A stretch of DNA of 63,187 nt, filler included, from Octopus bimaculoides (lineage: Eukaryota): assembly GCF_001194135.2 (NCBI RefSeq). It is 6 parts of 6 records of this genome, joined end to end, with 100 filler letters (N's around TTAATTAATTAA, not from the genome) between each part and the next. Parts side by side here need not be neighbours in the genome. Positions count along the whole stretch, not along the records: positions 5,755 to 30,777 come from NC_068984.1; 5 more parts are not named here. One strand, written 5' to 3'. A model generated the notes under the pieces. It searched no databases. It was given only the letters and a program-made list of their open reading frames with translations, and was not told where the DNA came from. Made by a program: the position numbers and the translations under genes. Position 1 is the stretch's first letter, and each line of letters opens with the position of its first letter. Shown here piece by piece: positions 12,140-24,505 of this stretch.

Positions 12140-12560
12140 AGAGACATTTGACTATGTTGCAGTTTGACATAGTGGAACGGGAGGAAATGGAGGACAAAAT
12201 TGGAAACTGAATACGCGAAGAAAATCAGTAATATCTTGGAGACAAAATTAAATGGAAGAAATGACATTGAAGGAAGCAACATGTGAATAATACCAATATC
12301 GAAATATTCTGCAGGCTTGGTTTAGTGGATGAAAAATGTACTGGATGAAATGGATATGTGCACAAGAAAGTTGTTAACGATGCACATTCACGAAACCGTT
12401 TTGTTGACCGTACATAAGCCGGCAAAGAAGTGGGCGGAGTTACTCAATGTAACTTACACTATGCATTCGACGATTATAGGACTAGATAAATTTGACAGAC
12501 AAGTCCCAAAGATTATAAATTTTGTTACCTCACAATATTTGAGTCGAACAAAAAAGAACA
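12140..12560 (+). mobile_element. Degenerate R4/Dong-like post-RT fragment
   Basis: EYAKKISNILETKLNGRN, KYSAGLV*W, LDEMDMCTRKLLTMH. Confidence 0.65.
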
Positions 12561-13216
12561 GAAAATATTGAACGTATCACGACATGATGTCATAATTGAG
12601 AAGGCTCTAGTAAGTGCGGATTAATAACATTTCCGTTGTCATGCGAACATTTGAAACGAATTGAAATAGCTGCTGAGAAACAAGAATAACGAAGTTGCAG
12701 TAAAATACTCCTTGTCTGAAGTTTTCTGTCTCAAAATCTTTAATTTAAAGAGTTTCAAGATGACACGGATAGTTTTTGTTTTTGATAGTGACCAACGTAG
12801 ATTTTTTCCTGAAGTAACGATATAAACGCATTCTATCTGAGGCAACACGACGTCAGAAATTCTTAGGGAGATTTGAAGTCAATTAAATCGAATGTAGTAC
12901 TTAATTGATGCATTATTTATAATCTCACGAAGGAAATAAGAGAAAATCCACATGAGCAAAAATTGAGTTCACATCATTAAATGTCATAGCTATATACAGC
13001 AAGTCTTTTGTAGTTAAAATATGACAACCATTTAAATAGAATACCAATGGTATATATTTTGAGAAGTGCGCAGTCTAGTAAATCCAGTGTTTATTTTAAC
13101 AATCCCAGGAGAAAAGCAAAGAATAGTAGAACAGTCTCCGGATTTGACCTTATATCATAGATACAGAAAACGGAATACAGTATAACAGTCAGTGCACAGG
13201 TCTACCATTTTATCTA

Positions 13217-13227
13217 TACTACTACTG

Positions 13228-13309
<82 letters not shown>
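13217..13309. repeat. Palindromic microsatellite junction (CTA)n/(TAG)n
   Basis: Perfect 76-nt palindrome at 13228-13303, centred on ACTAGT. Confidence 0.95.
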
Positions 13310-14836
13310 AAAAGAAGTTCAAATGATAGTACTAGCAGTTACATATTATCAAGGTTGTTGCTGTCAATACAGGTCTTATTACTTCACTTCCTGTTGCTGT
13401 TGCAGTTGCTGCTGCAGCATCTGCTGCTGTTGCTGCTGTTACCGGTGTGCAGCATCTGCTGCTGTAGCTGTTCCTCTTGTCTCCATAGATTCTTCAGCTA
13501 GCTGATACATTTGCTGCTGATATTGTCGTTGAGTCTAATGTAAATGCTGCTACTACTAACATTTCAAATGATGGTGATGATGATGATGATGTTCATGATG
13601 AGGATTTGATGATGATGACGAATTTCATCATCATTACTATCATCATGGTGCAGACGACAATGAAAAGAACGTAAAATATAACTAAATATAACTAAATTTT
13701 AATTTAAACGATTTTTTTCGTCATTTAATAAAGGGCAGAAGCAGTTAGAATGTGTCAAATAATATTTTGAAACTGTAAAAAAAGGTGAATAATATCGATT
13801 GAGTTCTTTCTTACTAATACATCGTGATGTTGCCACACGTTTGTAGAGAAGCTATATAGCCAATTGAATTTACATTAATATATGTTTAATATTTACTCGA
13901 CTCTCCAAAAATGGAAAGTTCTATGATCTAAGATTATATGTACAAGTGGGGAAATAAATGATTAAATGAGAATTCAATAATTTCAATAGACTTGAGGAGT
14001 ATGAGACATAACACTCCGGCCCTCTTCCTTCGAATGACCGCGTGGAAAATACAATTAATAGTGTTGTTGTTTACGATTCATGCCTTTTCCCTGCTATACC
14101 CGACACTCAAACAAAACTTTTCCAAAAAACTTCCTCACTCTCAGATAAAAGACAAGAGTCCGAAACGTAGATTCTGCTCTCCTCGTGGTACTGAATTTAT
14201 CAGCTTTTTCTAAAAAGATTTGTATTGAATAATCCTTGCTGATGTAGTTTTAATTGTTCCCTCGGATTCCAGATTTCACCTCAAATACCGAGAGGCGATC
14301 AATTCAGTGCTCAACTGTTTCTATCACTGCATTCCTAAGTTTGCATATAAGTTTATTTCTCAAAACTTGACATAATACTATATTTATAATATAATATAAA
14401 ATAATATAATATAATATAATATAATACGGCATTAAATTTCATTAAAATGATATGATATATCATAAAATAATGTACTAAGAGAAAATAGCTCTAAATATGA
14501 ATCAGGGTACGTCGCGAATCAGCATACTTTTTTATAACATATAATGATATTCAATACATTATAATGTATCATGATGTATTATATTATATATCATATGATA
14601 TTGTATTATATTATATTATATTATATTATATTATATTATATTATATTATATTATATTATGTTATATTATATTATATTATATTTTATTATATTATATTACA
14701 TTACATTACATATCAAAAATGTTTGCTGAGTCACGAATTTTGGATAGAGTCAGTTTACTTTACGCCAATCATGATGATATAGGAAGAGACATGAGCAGCA
14801 AAATTTTTCGTTTTCTCAGGCTATAGTGCCAATGTA

Positions 14837-14868
<32 letters not shown>

Positions 14869-15319
14869 ATTAGGTTTATTTAATTTTGTCTCTGCAGATT
14901 ATCTAGATTGGCACTAAAATAGCTGTGTTGTTAAGAAGCATTGCAACTAGGTGTTTTCTGGTTCAGTCATACAATTATATACATACATACACACGATGAC
15001 CAATGCTATATATATATATACACACACGACCCTCCCCACCGCTTGACAACTGGTTTTGGTTTCTTTACATTCTCGTAACGTATCGGTTCACTTGGTGCCC
15101 TAGGAGGACTGAAGTCTAATGAATGACTGAAATAATTAAAAGATAAAAGAAGTGTTATAGCGTATGAATTTTCCTATTTTTTTCTGATCCGACATATTAC
15201 ATATATGTAATATACATGTAGTTGATTATATTCAAGAAAAGTTTTCCCTCGCGGTCTTAAGGGCATCATAATATAAAATTTAATACAATTTGAAAATATA
15301 TCTGAGATGACCGACATTG

Positions 15320-15540
15320 TATGAGGTGTCGCTGAAAAGTTCTTGGCTTTGGGTAAAAGAAAATACAGGAGGATCAGTTAATTGTGATTTTATTCAACAT
15401 ATTCCCCTCTTAGATTCACACATTTATTGCAGCGGTCCTTCAGTTTTTCTAAGCCTTGTAAAAGAACTCAGAAGGTTGGGACTCCAACCAGACCTTTCGT
15501 GAGACCCTTAGTGCCTGGAAATTTTCAGTACTTCCTCATA
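15320..15540. mobile_element. Tc1/mariner-type MITE
   Basis: Left end TA-TGAGGTGTCGCTGAAAAGTTC; right end reverse complement TA-TGAGGAAGTACTGAAAATTTCC; TA flanks; no ORF. Confidence 0.7.
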
Positions 15541-16306
15541 ATAACCCTATTTCTTATTAATGTTCCAAGTTCAGATGTCGTAAAAAATTTTGTATAACAT
15601 GCTCCCAAGCAAATTCTGTCAACATTAACGCTAATGACTTTCTTTTCCATCGTTGATGTAATTTTAAATAATCAAACATATTTTAGAGTTCCACTACATT
15701 AAGTATACTCGTCCTGCGATTTAGAAATGGCTGTTCGAGTCAATGAAATGAAATTCAAATCTATCGTTGAGTTTTGAATAATATATATATGTATATAGCG
15801 GCAAGTCACAAGTCGAGTTTTTAATGTGTACTGTATGCTCCTTCAGTCACCAACAAAATCTCATATCAGTCAAATACAGCGACTAAACTGAGAGATGTAA
15901 AAGAGAGGCACAGCATTTATAAAGACAGATAGATTTGATAGAAAAATATATAGAGGGGAGATTGAGAGAGGAAGAAGGAAGAGTGTAGAGAAGTGAGCAG
16001 CTTGTGAAACTGGCAATTATGTGAGCAGACAGTAGAATATACAAATGCCTGGAGAAAGCGTGAGAGAGAGAGAGGAAGAAATAACGTGAGTAAGTCGTGC
16101 AAATGGAAAAAATAGAAAGATAGAGTGTAAAATATAGATGTGGAATTAAAGAGGTAATTATATAAAATCAGAGAGATAGAATGTGAGAGAATGATAGAAA
16201 CAGAAAGAAAATTCGTGTACTATTATCACATTTTGAGGTGGAGAGTTGACTTTGGGAAACGAGGAGTAAGAAATAGAAGCAGAATTTGATTTAGAAAAAT
16301 GTTTGT

Positions 16307-16361
<55 letters not shown>

Positions 16362-16964
16362 TGTGTGTATGTGCGTGTGCGTGCATGCTTATGTATACGC
16401 GGGCGTGTGTATGTGTATGAATATATGTACTTTTATAATGGAGAAAATGTAAGTATATATATAAGTGTAACCGAAACACTACCACTCTTTCTTCTCAATA
16501 CTTATCACGCTCAATTTTTACTAATATAATTACACGGCTTCTTACGCCAAACAAATTTGAAATTATGAAACTTAAGTCTTTAAATCACACCATACTATCT
16601 TAAATTAGGAAAGGTTATATTGGACACTTTATATTCAAGTAATATGTAATATACATTATATAAACTGAGGACAAAATACGCACAGAGAGCCTTGGTTTTC
16701 TTCAAATATACTTAATTATCACTATTTTGATTTATTACTTAATCAACAACCTCACTACATCACATGCGGATGCTACACCAAGGATCAACCACAGAGTGGG
16801 TTGTACGGTTTAAATTGGATTTGGTACATGCTTATCTATAGTATCTTAACAACATTTGATATATTCAATGTTGTTTACTTCTTTGTGAGCTCTATGATAT
16901 CGTACCTAACCACTTTTGGTGTCATGCGTGTTGATGTGCCTTGATTCTAGTTAATCACTCTAAA

Positions 16965-17033
<69 letters not shown>

Positions 17034-18130
17034 TGCGCACATTCGCAACAAAGAATTGACGTTGTTTTGAAAGTAAAATAATGTCAGTTTTTACAACCTT
17101 GTGCACTTTCTTATTCTTTACAGAGAGTAATAACAATGAGGCGGAGGAAAATTATTCAGCTTCTTTTCGAAGGTAAGGTGACAGATTAATGCTAGCAAGT
17201 ATCTTCAGTGAGAGCCAGAACAATCATATACGTGAACCTTTACTATAATTCCTGAAATTTGTATCTGTATAAATACGTGGAGATTAATTTCGTCGACCAT
17301 GCATAGTTCTCACTGATTGTTGGTAATTTAGATGTAGAATTTATTCCTAACTAACAACACGATTGGAAATTACCCATATGTCTCGTCTGAATGTTCTCTG
17401 AAAATAGTTTCTCAACGCATCCTCATTAACAACAAGAGTATCCCAAGAACAAGATCAATCATAACCTGCTACTAACTATGTATAGAAGGGAAATGTTGGA
17501 GTACCACCCAGAAAAAATCCTAGACACTAAAATCCCATCCTCGGTCTATGCTTGACCGAAGACTGTAGCTCATTTCAAGAAACGCACTTACTGAACGCGT
17601 CTCTGCTAACAGATTACCATAGCAGCTCTCTACCCAGAAAATTCCGTACAAAACCATTCAAAGCTTTAGTTTCACGTGATTTCAAGAAGAAAAGTTGTTT
17701 AGCATTTCCTAGGCAATATAGACTCTCGGTTTTGGAGTTCCATGTTTGGTACGTGAAATATCGCAAGGCTTATGTTATTACAATTATTTACTTATGGGAG
17801 GGAAATAACAACAGGATTTGAAAGATAAACGTTAATTCCTTTATCTGCCAAAATGATATCATCCTCAATATTTTGCAGCCGTTATCTATCAATTCATTAA
17901 GCGTTAGCTTGAAAGCAATTTGCAACGTGTGTTTTTGTATGTGTTCACATACACACACACACACACACACATTGTGTGTGTGACAGTGTCTGCATGTGAA
18001 TGTATGTATGCATTCATGTATTGTACAAAGATACACGCACACATATATACGCATACATACACACACACAAATATGAACTCACATTCTGAAGCACGTATAT
18101 ACAAACATATACGTACGCATATATACATAA

Positions 18131-18232
<102 letters not shown>

Positions 18233-18242
18233 GTATATATAT

Positions 18243-18604
18243 AGCCTCAATATTCATCCAAGTCTAGGACCACGGGCCATACGTCCCCTAGCCAATTCAG
18301 GATCACAATACATAAATACACTGCAACACAATTTCTTTTCCCCTGCTCTATTTAACATTGTCCCGAAACATATCAAAGAGGAAAAGGATCCCATAACCTT
18401 TAAACGGAATCTGGATAAATATCTTCAAGGAATACAAGACAAGCCATCTATACCTGGATACACCTAACTGAACAAGAACTCTCTACTCGAATGGATCTCA
18501 ATACCACAAAACTTGACTTAAAAAAGATTTAGCTAATCCTATCAGGTGTCGCTATTAAGTTAGACATGACCTGGACCAATCTTTGGTCGAAACATATGTA
18601 AGTC
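18243..18604 (+). mobile_element. LINE ORF2 C-terminus and 3' UTR (same group as 7907)
   Basis: [49 protein letters not shown]; terminal stem-loop GACC-AATCTTT-GGTC-GAAAC. Confidence 0.75.
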
Positions 18605-19201
18605 TATATACATATATATATATATATATATATANNNNNNNNNNNNNNNNNNNNNNNNNNNNNNNNNNNNNNNNNNNNNNNNNNNNNNNNNNNNNNNNNN
18701 NNNNNNNNNNNNNNNNNNNNNNNNNNNNNNNNNNNNNNNNNNNNNNNNNNNNNNNNNNNNNNNNNNNNNNNNNNNNNNNNNNNNNNNNNNNNNNNNNNNN
18801 NNNNNNNNNNNNNNNNNNNNNNNNNNNNNNNNNNNNNNNNNNNNNNNNNNNNNNNNNNNNNNNNNNNNNNNNNNNNNNNNNNNNNNNNNNNNNNNNNNNN
18901 NNNNNNNNNNNNNNNNNNNNNNNNNNNNNNNNNNNNNNNNNNNNNNNNNNNNNNNNNNNNNNNNNNNNNNNNNNNNNNNNNNNNNNNNNNNNNNNNNNNN
19001 NNNNNNNNNNNNNNNNNNNNNNNNNNNNNNNNNNNNNNNNNNNNNNNNNNNNNNNNNNNNNNNNNNNNNNNNNNNNNNNNNNNNNNNNNNNNNNNNNNNN
19101 NNNNNNNNNNNNNNNNNNNNNNNNNNNNNNNNNNNNNNNNNNNNNNNNNNNNNNNNNNNNNNNNNNNNNNNNNNNNNNNNNNNNNNNNNNNNNNNNNNNN
19201 N

Positions 19202-19294
19202 CAATAAACACTCACAACGCTCGGTCTGGGAATCGAAACCGCGATCCTATGACCGCGAGTCCGCTGTCCTAACCACTGGGCCATTGCGCCTCCA
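19202..19294 (-). mobile_element. tRNA-derived SINE head (same family as 48425)
   Basis: GGAGGCGCAATGGCCCAGTGGTTAGG (A box) and GGTTTCGATTCC (B box), continuing into SINE body; truncated by a gap. Confidence 0.85.
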
Positions 19295-19442
19295 CTGTCA
19301 ATTATTATAGCAAAGGTAAATGTATATCTATTAAATCCTACACGTATAGTTGCTTATAAAATAACTAGAAACATGCAGTTTTAGTACTATAGTTAATTCG
19401 TGAGAGAGAGAAAGAGAGAGAAAGAGAGAGAGAAAGAGAGAA

Positions 19443-19481
<39 letters not shown>

Positions 19482-19679
19482 TTGTGTGTGTGTATGTTTG
19501 TGCGTGTGAGTGTGTCTGTGTTTGCGTGTGTGTGTAGCAAACGGGCGAGGGTACAGTGTCGAACAATCTTATTGACTTTAGTTCTCTTTTGTGTCCTGAG
19601 TTCAAATCTTGCCCATATCAGCTTCACTCTATTCCTTGGTAGTCGTTAAAATCTTATCAGTTGTTAAATAACATCTGAT

Positions 19680-19900
19680 CGATTTTACCTGACACGATCG
19701 GTCCATCTATTCACAATTCTCCATGTATTCGGGAGGTCAACAGAGCATCTCGTGTCTGTACAGGTCTGGTCGATGAAGGTTTTTGGCGGATCATGGCCAG
19801 TGTATATCCATGCGAACATGTCCATAACAGTGTATAACTGACGAGTTGTTGTTTAGTCCTTCAGCAATGCCCAAGAAAGTCCATTCACCTATCTACAACT
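19680..19900 (-). mobile_element. RTE-clade LINE 3' fragment
   Basis: PPKTFIDQTCTDTRCSVDLPNTW, cf. RTE C-terminal GRPxxTYIDQLxxDTGxxxDLP. Confidence 0.5.
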
Positions 19901-20067
19901 CCCACCCCCTCTTTCCCTGCCTCTTTCTTTTTTTGACGTTGAAATGATAATTTATTAGTAGACGTAATCTATATTGTAAAAGTTCGAATCCAGGGCTATG
20001 TTACAAGTATTATAATTTATTATAAGAAATGTATATCGCGTTTTCTAATGATAATAATAATAATAAT

Positions 20068-20270
20068 AATCCTTTCTACTAAAGGCACAAGGCCTGAAAT
20101 TTCTTCTTTCCTTTGGTAGTGGTGGGGATTAGTCGATTACATCGGACTCAGTATTTCACTGTTACTTATTTTATCTAACGAGTATGAATGAAAAGCAAAG
20201 TCGACCTCGGAAGAATTTGAACTCAGAACGTAAATGCCGCTATGCATTTTGCCCGGTGTGCTAACAGTTC
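20068..20270 (-). mobile_element. Family-B SINE with (AAT)n tail
   Basis: AATCCTTTCTACTAAAGGCACAAGGCCTGAAATT...AAAGTCGACCTCGG-AGAATTTGAACTCAGAACGT. Confidence 0.8.
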
Positions 20271-21218
20271 AGCTGTGCTTATGGAAGGAAATATACAAGC
20301 CTATAATAATTAGAAATGTAGCCTAATTATATAGGTGCGCGCGTTTAGTGTATTACTGAACGTGTTTGAAAGCATACCTTAGGAGGGAAATATAACTGGG
20401 ATTTGAAAGGAAATAAGTATGTCTGGAGAATTGTGGTTTTAATCTGGCTATTCCTTTGAATCCGTGTAATCTTTGACTAAGAGAGACTGTAACATGATAT
20501 TTAGATCAATGTTATATTTGGAACGCAAAAGGGAGAGAATGAGGAAAGACGTAGGGAAAATAAGTGAGGATTAAATGGATTAGTCTAGTTATAAATAGTA
20601 ATATTTATATAGTGTGGAAGTACTGATAGATTAAAATGGTACATCATCTGGAGTACATTATTAAAATAAATGATATTATATGTAATATAATAGGACTAAT
20701 AGACCAAAAACGACTACACTTAAATAAACAGAATGTTTGGTAGAGTAGTATATTATATAGCTGAAGATGAGAGAGGGGACATTGAATATGGGGAAAAAAA
20801 ACTGACCTCAGAAAAATAGAATATATGAATGTGTGTATGTGTGTATGTGTGTGTGTGTATGTCAGAGTTGTGTGTGGTAAATACATTCAAGGATATATCA
20901 CTTGTCTCAGAGGTTTCAATGCTTCGAGTGGGCAGTGTGTGAGTGCATTCGGTGTAGTGCTTTGCGAAGGGGATCCCATACCTCCTGGTTGTAATATGTT
21001 CTTGACCTGATTTCCTTAGTGGTAAACGTGTAAACAATAAATTAGATCGGTGGCTTATTAGTAATTTGAACCTAAAGGCAAAATTAATAAAGGTCACGAA
21101 AGTGACAGATGGTACTGACCAGCATCAGCTATTGCTAGAAACAAGTGTTAAAACAACTTAAAAGTCACAAAGCACTGTACTTAATGACTGACAAAGGAGG
21201 TAAGACTCCACCGTAAAT

Positions 21219-21276
21219 AGTCGGATCGAACGATTTCGGATTTTGCTGCATAGCATATTAATGTACATCAGCGACT
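21219..21276 (-). ncRNA. Decayed type I hammerhead ribozyme
   Basis: AGTCG-CTGATGT-acat...ATCC-GAAA-T-CGTTCG-A-TC-CGACT. Stem I is 5 bp, A9 is changed to U, and stem II is partly lost. Confidence 0.6.
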
Positions 21277-21476
21277 CTTAACTATTTTGTGTCATTTTAA
21301 CTTTTGTTTCTAGCAATATCTGGTGCTGGTCAGTAACCACTGTCAAATTGCTAGTAAGCTACCCATTTAATTTGATTTGTTGTTTACACTTTTATCGCTT
21401 AGGAAATCAGGTCAAGTTTTCAACGATTTTCTTATAAGACTGACAAAGGTTGTTGAGTTTAACCCTTGGCATTAAG

Positions 21477-21534
21477 ACTTGCTGACGAGGATTAAGATGT
21501 TATGCATCAAAATCCGAAATCGTTCCATCCGACT
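21477..21534 (+). ncRNA. Type I minimal hammerhead ribozyme, core intact
   Basis: TTG-CTGACGA-GGAT...ATCC-GAAA-T-CGTTCC-A-TC-CGA; AUC cleavage triplet; short stem I. Confidence 0.7.
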
Positions 21535-21666
21535 ATATACGCTAGGGACTTACTTCCCTTTGTGAGTTATTAAGTGCAGTGCTTTATAGCTTTTAAGTTG
21601 TTTTAACTCTTGTTTCTAGCAATAGCTGGTGCTGGACAATACACTCTGTCACTTTTGTGACTTTCA

Positions 21667-21713
<47 letters not shown>

Positions 21714-22354
21714 TATGTAGGTTAACAAGGCTTCCATAGTTTCATGTGAAGAGATCTTCTCAATTGTGGAGGCGATTTAATGAAAAGAAAAAAGAAAACA
21801 GAAACCTTGAGTGACACGTTGTATATATATATTAAATATAACACGAAGTTGTTTGTTTCATTTCTAATTCCTCTCTTAAAAATGTGAGTATTTATGCCAG
21901 TGTGAACAATTAGGATTTTGCCCTCATTTTTTCTGCGAGTATTTTGATATGTCAGAATAGATTTTTAATTAATTGATTACTGAAATAATACAGCTGCTTC
22001 AATCTTATTAACATTCTCATTCAACCAAAATTTCACAGTTAAACTCATAGCTAAATGTTTAATGTGACACACTATGAGCTTAAAGAAACCGTTCAATTGT
22101 TAAACTGTTTGTCTTTATATTAGAAACCACAGCTATTTGCTTTCTTCTAATCTATCCCAAGTGACGAAACTGGCATATTCCGCAAGACATAAACTTACAG
22201 AGAATGTGTTTCCAGGTAATAAGTATTATTTGAGAATCGAACATATGGATATTGACAGATGAAAGTTGTTAATCATCAAAAGTTCCCTTCTGAAACAGAT
22301 TTACGTGGCTCGCAGCGAATATATAAAAGATGATCAGCATATAGAAATTGTACC

Positions 22355-22392
<38 letters not shown>

Positions 22393-22914
22393 ATGCATGT
22401 GTGTGCGCGCGCATGATTGTATAATTTATGTGTGTGTGCGTATCTCTCTCTCTTTACACACACACACACACACACACATATATATGTATATATATGTTAT
22501 ATATGATATATTAAGACACGTATAGATGCGAAATGATGTAAGTTTAATTTGATTGATTTTTTAAAAAATATATTTGCATGTGCATTTTCTGGCCGATGTC
22601 AATGTTTTATCAGCCATACATCTGATGCATTACATTGTATTTACCTTCTCTTGCAAAATTACATGCTGCAGTTTTTTTGTAATCCAAATGTGTGAGTAAT
22701 CCTATACCTCAACCTAAAGAGTTGCCCATTAGTTTCTGGCGCACAATTGTTAGATAAATATGGATTCTAAGGTGATTGGTAACATATTGTAGAGCAAGGC
22801 AACTGTGATTGAGACGTTATATTGCGTTTTACTAAAAGAAAATTGTTTGATATGTAAATTATTATAATTATCTCTTTCTTGAAGTTGATGAATGAATTCA
22901 GTGCTAGAATATAT

Positions 22915-23870
22915 AAGCCTTGAAAAACATTGATAATCTTGAGGGCTTGTCCTCATACCACGTCTTGCCTCTCTCTAGCCTCCACTTTTCGCACTGTTAC
23001 CAATGTAGCACTTTCGCCACCTGGTCTAGTCGCCACAGAATGTTTTTGAGCAAGTCTAGGGCATTCGTTCGTGATATGGGCAATGGTTTCATCTACTCTA
23101 TTGCAGATGCGACACAGCGGAGACACTTGCTCATTCGTAAGGTTAATGCTCAAGTTCGTGGCCAAAGCTTGGTCCTGCGCTGCCAGTATAGTGCTCTCGG
23201 TCTCTTTTCTTATTATTCCTTTCATCAGCCAATTCCACCTATTTTTTCCAGCAACTTCTGCTGTGGCTACATGGAATTGATCGTGTAGTCCCTTCTTGGG
23301 TAATTCTTCTTCCTCTCCTTTTTGTACCTCTTCCTTTGTTTTCCCTTTTTCTCCTCTCAATACTCCCTCGTTCCTAACTGTCACTAGCAAGGTTTCCTTA
23401 CCTTGGGCTAGGTATCTAAGTAAGCTCTCGTGATCGATACGCACGTAGTCTTCCACACTTATCAGTCCCCTTCCTCCATTTGCTCCTCTTCATGTATAGA
23501 CTCCATGTATCGTTAGAAGCTTTCTTGACTTCCTGTCCATCTCTTTTAGCTCTTCGTCTGTCCACTTCAGGATTCCAGCGCCATAACGAACTACTGCGAC
23601 TGCGCGCGAGTTTCTTGCCGAAATTATATTTCTGGCATTCAGCTTTGAAGTCAATATTTTTCTCACCTTCCGCAGGTACTCTCTTTTTGTCTTTTATTTC
23701 TTTTTGTGGTGTTTGATTCCATCTGCTTCAAGTATTCCCAGATATTATTAGCTGGATTAAGGTTGAATTGCCTTCATCATTTCACCATTTTTTAGCCACA
23801 TGCCATGTCCTGGTAAGCTTTCCTCCTCTCATCACCATCGTAGCACATTTTGAGAGTCCAAACACCATCT
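22915..23870 (-). mobile_element. R4/Dong-clade element, post-RT region to CCHC
   Basis: DIRMVFGLSKCATMVM, REYLRKVRKILTSKLNARN, RYGAGILKWTDEELKEMDRK, KETESTILAAQDQALAT, PLCRICNRVDETIAHITNECPRLAQ. The 5' end abuts (TAA)n. Confidence 0.9.
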
Positions 23871-23944
23871 GATATTATTATTATTATTATGATTATTATT
23901 ATTATTATTATGATTATTATTGTTGTTGTTATTATTATTATTAT

Positions 23945-24190
23945 TATTTGTGATTTGACTCAGGTTCGTACTTATTCCTGGTAGATTCTATGTTGGAAGC
24001 GTGTTACTACCGGTAACCTTAGGCATCCACAATCTTTCGATAGTCCTTCAAGTGATTTAGATCTTCCTGATAATCTTTCGTGTCCCCAACAGGCAAACTT
24101 TCTGTAGAAGCTCTACAGGACATTCTATTTCAATCTCCTTCAACTATTTGTCTATTTCTTTACTTACTCACGTTCACAAGATAGTGGTAT
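23945..24190 (-). mobile_element. 3' end of a REL non-LTR element with (TAA)n tail
   Basis: LKEIEIECPVELLQKVCLLGTRKIIRKI*, then UTR, then the (TAA)n array at 23872-23945. Confidence 0.7.
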
Positions 24191-24438
24191 CAATTCCTAG
24201 GCCTGGTGGTGCGTTCTGATCTTGAGAAAAACACTTCCTCTCACGTTACTCTGCGATCACTTTGACACCTGACGTCTGGTACACAGTGCACCTGTTCAGG
24301 TAACGTCGATTTAATGGAAAGGTGAGCTAATGTACAGCACACAGATTTGATCACTATTAATAAATCATATGTGCAGGTCATTCGGCAAAAACTGAACGCT
24401 CATATGTCGTCTTCTGCAGGAGAATCCGTCATTATTAG

Positions 24439-24505
<67 letters not shown>

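Larger units (their letters stand above)
21001..21670. mobile_element. Nested inverted-repeat cluster, probably Penelope pLTR-derived
   Basis: 21087-21262 is the reverse complement of about 21491-21670 (~180 nt, roughly 80 percent identical by eye). 21001-21150 is a partial reverse complement of 21295-21415. Each long arm carries an HHR. Confidence 0.75.

Noticed and set aside
18570-18604. GACC...GGTC-GAAACATATGTA as an HHR
   Set aside because: It lacks CTGANGA and is better explained as the terminal stem-loop of the LINE 3' UTR.
19202-19294. Functional tRNA gene
   Set aside because: The A/B-box head continues into SINE body sequence, matches the TSD-flanked SINE at 48425, and has no proper acceptor stem.
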